A DNA stretch of 64,000 bases from Perkinsela sp. CCAP 1560/9 (Eukaryota > Protista > Euglenozoa: Kinetoplastea): assembly GCA_965644495.1 (NCBI GenBank), contig CBFFSA010000004.1, forward strand, positions 248,001-312,000. Reading direction: 5' to 3'. A program made the translations under genes and the position numbers. The notes under the pieces are model-generated. The model made no database searches. It worked only from the letters and a program-made list of their open reading frames with translations, and was not told where the DNA came from. Position 1 is the first letter of the stretch, and each line of letters starts with the position of its first letter. Below, in pieces: positions 58,142 through 64,000 of the stretch.

Positions 58142-58177
58142 CAACAAGGTACAGAAACTGTATCTTTATCGTTTTTT
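58142..58177 (-). other. Spliced-leader (mini-exon)-like relic
   Basis: AACGATAAAGATACAGTTTCTGTACCTTGTTG compared with the conserved kinetoplastid SL 3' half (GATACAGTTTCTGTACTWTATTG). Confidence 0.7.
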
Positions 58178-58307
58178 TATTTTTTTTTATTTTTTTCTTG
58201 ACCTGGCGGGCTAATCCCCGCTTCATACAGTACTAATACTATACTGTATAGTAGTCACTGTACTAAAATCAAATACAACTACTGCGTACAATCCACATAA
58301 TGTTAAG

Positions 58308-59797
58308 TCAGTTATGTTCTGTATCTGACAATGATTCAAGCTCACTATCATTTTCCAGCGAATCAGAATCACCTTGAGTCATATATCCTAGCTTGTCGCA
58401 ATTTCCTCGCACGAATATCTGGTGCGATACAACATCGGGAGTAAGGGAGGCCTGGCGTGAGCTATACATATATCCAAGCACGGAAAGCCAGGAGTCGCAC
58501 TTGTTGACCAGGGGTGGCGTCCAAACGTAGTGTACGGCAGCTTCGTAAATCGCTGGGAACATTTCACACCCAGGACCACACCACCATTCGTACTCGTTGC
58601 TGAACTTAGACGGATCCCAACTGAAATCGAGGCATGCTAAGTATTTTTCCCACTCATCGGATGAAATACGAAAGATCGGCTGCTCGGCCGACGGACCGTC
58701 CGCATTTTTGTCAAAAACATTATTTGCTCGAGCTACCGAGATGGGGAGAAGACCACAAGGACGAGCGAACTGAACGATCCATCCGGGACGGAACCAGAGA
58801 ACATCGTTCCAAAAGCGCATATTATGATTTTTTTTGTAGACGAGTCTTGTGATAAAGAAGTGCTTCTCGCATTTTCATTTAAAGAAGTGCTTCTCGGGGA
58901 AATTTGGTCATATATGCGTTTGAGAGCTCCTTCGCAATTGTTACGTGCCACGTGATTCACAGAACTTCCGTCCGCGATCATGAATTTTAGCTTTAAAAGT
59001 CGGTGCTCACCAAGATTCGCCTGAAGAGTAAACACTAGTTGTTCGGCTACTGTTTTTCCATCAAAAGCACGATGACTAGGAGAATAAATGGGAGGTAAGA
59101 CGTATTCTTCAGGGCCTACATATAAGACGGACAATAAAATGTGCTCAGACTTTGCTCGGTCGATTCCTGCATCAACGGCAATTCCGTACACCATGTGTAA
59201 GTCAATGGCAGCGCAAAGCTTCTCCCAGACTTCGTGGGCTAAAATTTCACAGTGTTGATGCCACTTCTTCAAATTTGTTTCCGGAATAGCCTCTTTGATA
59301 ACATTCGGTGGAAGGTCGGGGCGGAGATCCTCATACTTGCGAATCAGCCAAACGAATTTACTCGACGGAAGGTTTGTTAGGGTTTGTAGACATGGGAGCA
59401 CCTTCCCAGCGAATCTTTGAACGGCCGCTCTCTGAATAAACGAAACCTGCGCAGTCGCCAAGCGAGCTCGCTCCACGCCCTCACGACACTTGCGTACATG
59501 CTTATGATAGACGTTTTTAAATCGGCAATGAGATTGAAACGTGCAACCCTCTGTCGTGCACACAAAGTGTACTTTTTGGTTAAGGGGGTCTGTGAGAACA
59601 TCCGCGTGTTCATGCGGACAGTTTGGCGGGCAACGAGCCAAATTAAAGTGCCCAGACAAAGACTTCACCGTCATCTTGTGCCGCTCGTTTCGCTTTGATC
59701 GCTTTGGGTCCGGGGTCACTATCTCATCCTCAGAGCTTGATTCAGATGAAACGATCGGTTCGGGCGTACTGACTGTCGATGATCTTCGTTTGGGCAT
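58308..59797 (-). pseudogene. hAT-like transposase, frameshifted in a homopolymer at ~58830 and probably internally deleted
   Basis: N-terminal Zn finger, IAVDAGID, MIADGSSVN, and C-terminal WW...FPAIYEAA....TP....CDSWLS...R..L (hAT dimerisation-like). Confidence 0.7.
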
Positions 59798-61499
59798 GTA
59801 ATAAATAGAAGATAAAAGTGCAACGCTATCAGCAAAGTAAATGATATTATGATTGAAGGAAAAAGAATCTGAGATTTTTCTGATAGATATACAAAAATAA
59901 AACATTCAAAATCATTTAAGGTACAACTTTTCAGTTCCTGTCATCGAGCGGGTAAACGTGGGTAAAGCGGGTAAATGGGTAATTTACCCGGGTAATTACC
60001 CATTTACCCGGCAGGGGTATGGTCTATGTGGGGCACGTTTTAGATCATTAAACGCCTTTTCTATGGCCTTTATCAGGGTTACAGAGTTGTGTGGCTTAAA
60101 ACTACAAAGTTGTGTGGATTTATGCTGTTTGACTATCTCTGTTCGCTCCGAAATCGACAAAGCGATGTTTCGTTTATGATTAGTACGAGGCGGGGTCCTC
60201 ATGAAGAAAAAACAGGGAGAAAAAAATAATATACTAGAAAAATTGACTGTGTTCCAAAAAAATGGGCAATAAAACCATGTTTTTTGGACCCAGGGGGTAC
60301 CAGGGGGTCCCTATGAAGCAAAGGCGGCAAAGCTCTTCGCTAGGGCAACGAGATCTCTCGAATGCTGCAAAATTGAGAAAAAACGGATAAAAAAATTGAC
60401 ATTTGCCAGGCCGGGGGCACACTTCTGTCCATGGGTGTATAATCGCGGTAAGCCTGCACGAACAGAGTCCTTCTGGGCAGTTTCTGTGACGGGTGTTGAA
60501 AGGGATGGAAAGTGCCAAGAAACAGTGTGGTTCAAAGTGAAGAATCGGAAAACTAACACTTTGTGTAATATTGTGAGGCAATGCACACTAGATTCCAAAC
60601 GAACAGTTGTGTATACCGATTGTCTATCAAGTTAACGCCCATTGTCTGCTACTCGCGATCATTGAAAGGTGAACCACTGATCCAAGATATCGGTTCAAGA
60701 CAAAAGAAGGTGTGCACAATAATAACGCAGAGTCGGCCCATTCTTCTATAAAAAAGATGATAAGACGACAGGGGCGACTGCCCAAAAACGTGATAAGTGC
60801 AAGTAGAGTTCTTTCCGTGTATACTTTATGGTTTAAGAAGACAACCTGGCAAGAACGTTTACAAGCCTTACTGAAAGCGTTCAAGGTTGTACGAAATTTG
60901 CCTCAAGTAGTTGACGTTTTATTCGACTCGTTCGATTCCACCTGCGAGGGAATAAGTGATGAAGAAGATGTTAGCGAAGTCGCATATCCCGAAGATCGGG
61001 ATATGAATGAAACACCATGTGAAGCGGAGTCCGTTGAAATTGACATAAATATGCCAACCGACTAAGACTGGGTGTTTATTGAAAGTTTGATACAGAATTG
61101 ATACATCCTTCAAGGGGATTCATACATTATATTTTGCTTTCACTATATTTACTTTCAATAGAAGTTAACAACCTGCAATATAAATTAACATCCTGTTATA
61201 TAAATTGACATCCTGCAATGTACAGTTAACGGCCTGCAATATAAGTAAGTTGACATCCTGCAATGTAAGTTAACGGCCTGCAATATACAGTAGTTTGAAA
61301 GTAGTTTGAACCCCATTTTTCAACGGGACAAATACTTCGAGAAAATGCTGTGGGAATAAAGACTCACCCAGCTTTTCAAGGATCTGTGCGACACCGCTCT
61401 GAAGCATGAAGAAAGTGAAGTGTCGCGCTTCAATCGTATGGCCGTTGATAAAACTTAGGTTGAGAAACGTAAATATCATCGCGGTAAGCGTGTTCGCAA

Positions 61500-61993
61500 G
61501 GAAGTTCGTTACTGCGACAGAAATCCTACGTGACGGTACATCCGGGAGGACCGTATGGAAGCTCGTCCAGAAGCGTGACCGACCTACTTTGACTGCATTC
61601 GTCGAGAAACATACAGGGAGTAGGTTGGACTGTTGGAAGGGTTATGCCGGTCTCTCTGAAATATGTGAACAACACCATGTAAACCATCAAGTCGAATTCG
61701 TATCGGAGGAGGGGTATCACACTAACAACGGAGAAGGCATGTACAGTATAGTGAAGGACTGGGTTAAGAAGCAGCACCGTAATTTTGGTATTAATTCTAC
61801 GCATTGTCAGGAGCGCGTGGCTCTGCAATGTGTGAAACTGGGTCGAACTCACCGCCACGGTCAAGCTGCTCGAGGAATTCGATTGGCGAATATTATCGCA
61901 TGTGTCGCACAGTACGGCGAAGGGGACCCCCCCAACTTTCGGAGGCTCTGGACCGCATGGGCCCCCGCGCGGACGAGTCGGTCAGTGGGGTAG
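61500..61993 (+). pseudogene. Merlin transposase C-terminal fragment (different subfamily)
   Basis: RDRPTL, DCWKGY, VNHQVEFV..GYHTNNGEG. Confidence 0.8.
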
Positions 61994-62299
61994 GGCGTAA
62001 GTGGAGGAAGGGAAGGACGTGTGGTGAGGGGCAGGAAGTGGGGGAAGGAAGGAAGTAGGGTGAAAGCTTTTTGGGTGAAGGATTGTGTGGAGAGTAGGAA
62101 AGTTGGAAAAGTAGATAAAAACATTAGACTCAATACTAAAAAAAAATAAAAAAAACAATGGTTGGTTCAGGGGAAAAGAATGTGAAATGGTATTGTGAAT
62201 AGCAAACGAGTTGGAGGTACGAAAAAAAATAAAACAAATTGTTTGGTTCACGGGGTCAACAGGATAAAAAGGGGAAAGGGGAGCATGCTTTCGCTTTAG

Positions 62300-62326
62300 A
62301 CGTATAAAGATTCAGTTTCTGTATTT
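62300..62326 (+). other. Second degenerate spliced-leader-like relic
   Basis: ACGTATAAAGATTCAGTTTCTGTATTT. Confidence 0.45.
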
Positions 62327-62413
62327 CACAGCGCCCTACTCGCTTCGCAGAAAATGAGTGTGTATTTTGTGTCAGAACCTGGCAACAATTTACATGATTC
62401 TTGACTACGGAAG

Positions 62414-62662
62414 AAAGTACTCATCCAAAGTACCATTCGCAGAGGTCGTTTCAATGAGTTTCTCATCCAAAGTACCATGTGGAGAGGTCGTTTCGATGAG
62501 TGCTCATCCAAACTGCCATTACAACGCGATCTATGATTTGGATGAGTACTTCCATTTTCGTCAGAGGGCGGTGATAGTAGTTTGGATGAGTACTCATCGA
62601 AACTACCACAACCCCCTAGGAGGCAATGGTAGTTTGGATGAGTACTCATCGGAGCTACCACA
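62414..62662 (+). repeat. GATGAGTACTCATC palindrome-array repeat, copy C
   Basis: About 6 degenerate units of TGGTAGTTTGGATGAGTACTCATCGAAACTACCA. Confidence 0.8.
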
Positions 62663-62823
62663 ATCCCGATAGGCCTATCAAGGCAACAAAAAGGGGTATC
62701 TTGTGTATTAAAAAAAGCTGTGGAAGCCTTCTACTAAAGAAGGCTAGTAGTAGCCGCAAACCTCTATATTATTGGAAAAAGGTAAATAGCTTAATAATTA
62801 AGGGGTAAAGCACGTAAAAACAG

Positions 62824-63912
62824 TTAAAATTTGAATACGTCCCATTGATCATCGAATGACTGCCACCAAGGGTTCCCTGATTTAGAGCCGGATGGAGAAT
62901 TTTCCTCCTTATCAGCGTCGATTAGGGTTTCGGGAACAGAACCGTTGTATACGTACCACACATCAGAAGACGTGTCCCACTTGGCAAACCGTGTTGGAAG
63001 CTTGCTGAGGTATAAGTTCTTACGTGGGGGATCGTACACACAAATCTTATCAAGGTGATTGGGCGCTTTGCTCGTATCCAGATAAACTAAAACTTCGTTG
63101 GTGAACAGCGAAAGGAAATATATTGAGTGGGGTAGCTGAGAAATATCAACCACCCCCTCAAACTTATTTCGTGCTAGCGCCAGCTGTGTGAGATCGGGAG
63201 GCACATGTGAGAAATCAAGTACCCCTGTAAATGAGTTATTGTGCAAAGACAAAGTATGTAGACCACGAGGCAGAACACTCAAATCAAGATACCCTTCCAA
63301 TCGATTGTGGTCTAGAAAAAGTTTGCTTATTGTAGGTGGCAAAAAGCCGAAAAGCACACTTCCCGAAAAATCATTCGAGTCAATTAATAGGTCTCGTATT
63401 GTAGGGGGCAAGGAGGTGAGGTCCACTTTCCCCGTACAGCAATTTGATCTTGCCCAAAAAAAGTGCAACGTGCGTGGAAGTTCACTAAACGCGATTTCAC
63501 CATTCAGTTTATTGCTATCTAGATAGCAATCTCGAAGTTTCTCCGCTGAGTGTCCAATATTGATTGGACCTGTCAAATGATTTCGTTCCACACGTAGGTC
63601 TTTCAATGTGTTTGGAATAAAGGCGAAGTTGAGGCTGCCTCGAAGGCCCAAAGCCGACCAGTAGATTGAGTGAATCTCACTGTTTTTAGATAACTGAACG
63701 CCACCCCAGTCTTCAGCAGTATTTTCTACGGTCCACGAGGGATGTGGATTGGAGATGTTCGCCACAAACTGAGCCAAGTGATATTCGGGCGCCAGGATTG
63801 ATTTATGTACTTTGGACGGCCTTGCATGAGAGGCGTCATAATTAAATACAGCCGAAAGCATATCAACGGATTGTGTAACTATAGAAGAAAAAACTCGCCA
63901 ATGTGACTTCAA
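62824..63912 (-). CDS. Leucine-rich repeat protein
   Basis: RPSKVH...PEYHLAQF N-cap, ~8 LP-type LRRs and a short unique C-tail. Confidence 0.9.
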   Translation of the reverse strand: MKSHWRVFSSIVTQSVDMLSAVFNYDASHARPSKVHKSILAPEYHLAQFVANISNPHPSWTVENTAEDWGGVQLSKNSEIHSIYWSALGLRGSLNFAFIPNTLKDLRVERNHLTGPINIGHSAEKLRDCYLDSNKLNGEIAFSELPRTLHFFWARSNCCTGKVDLTSLPPTIRDLLIDSNDFSGSVLFGFLPPTISKLFLDHNRLEGYLDLSVLPRGLHTLSLHNNSFTGVLDFSHVPPDLTQLALARNKFEGVVDISQLPHSIYFLSLFTNEVLVYLDTSKAPNHLDKICVYDPPRKNLYLSKLPTRFAKWDTSSDVWYVYNGSVPETLIDADKEENSPSGSKSGNPWWQSFDDQWDVFKF

Positions 63913-64000
63913 TGTTTGTCATTCGTTTATTCGCTAGTGCGTAGGTAAAAGGCTTAGACAATTTTAATAGATACACAGCAATTTTTATCCTAGTATGCAG

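Larger units (their letters stand above)
53804..58177 (-). mobile_element. CRE-clade (RLE-type) non-LTR retrotransposon, apparently full length
   Basis: Single large ORF, ~480-nt 3' UTR and an A-tail (T-run at 53804-53816). No clear TSD; both flanks are T-rich. Confidence 0.88.
53497..60021 (-). mobile_element. hAT-like DNA transposon with 32-bp TIR and 6-bp TSD
   Basis: GTCTAT|CATACCCCTGCCGGGTAAATGGGTAATTACCC...GGGTAATTACCCATTTACCCGGCAGGGGTATG|GTCTAT. Confidence 0.9.
53166..60437. mobile_element. Tc1-type MITE with long TIRs, hosting a hAT-like element
   Basis: TA|CACCCATGGACAGAAGTGTGCCCC...GGGGCACACTTCTGTCCATGGGTG|TA. Excision restores RKYNRG. Confidence 0.92.
51980..61287 (+). mobile_element. 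Merlin element split by nested insertions (transposase pieces 52110-52538, 53129-53165, 60438-61065)
   Basis: Rejoined protein reads MPGCSCKD...GRL-CVDETFIQKRK-YNRGK...VYTD...HNNNAESAHS. Ends are inverted arrays of TATATTGCAGG / CCTGCAATATA. Confidence 0.88.

Noticed and set aside
58142-58177. Functional SL RNA gene
   Set aside because: No GT-starting intron or tandem array, and the 5' AACTAA-type start is missing.
62414-62662. CRISPR array
   Set aside because: Repeats are degenerate and switch orientation, linkers are short and partly conserved, there are no cas genes, and the context is eukaryotic.
1-64000. Fanzor/TnpB nuclease cargo in the Tc1/IS630 elements
   Set aside because: No ORF with RuvC plus zinc-ribbon motifs was recognised.

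Overview
Intron-less, transposon-saturated eukaryotic DNA, most likely from a kinetoplastid (possibly a Perkinsela-like or bodonid lineage; this is inference). All recognisable host genes lie on the minus strand, as in a polycistronic unit. They are 8 copies of an 'LP' leucine-rich-repeat family, 3 kinetoplast-associated (KAP-like) HMG proteins, NMNAT and a degenerate RlmD/TrmA-like protein. Between them lie Tc1/IS630-type elements and MITEs (TA TSD), Merlin/IS1595 elements (8-bp TSD), a VIPER/TATE-like tyrosine-recombinase retrotransposon, hAT-like elements with 6-bp TSDs, a PIF1/Helitron helicase remnant, two orphan zinc-knuckle ORFs and an intact CRE-clade non-LTR retrotransposon. The most novel signal is that CRE element: its ORF starts with an Ataxin-2/Pbp1 LsmAD-like motif, and its 5' end carries a spliced-leader-like exon followed by a fresh trans-splice acceptor. 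It is the innermost layer of a four-level nest (Merlin > TA-MITE > hAT-like > CRE). Other notable items are a hAT-like transposase with a DDD triad and 6-bp TSD, a DD53E Tc1-like transposase, and cassette-like divergence between LRR paralogs. All family calls come from motif recognition by eye; no database search was run.
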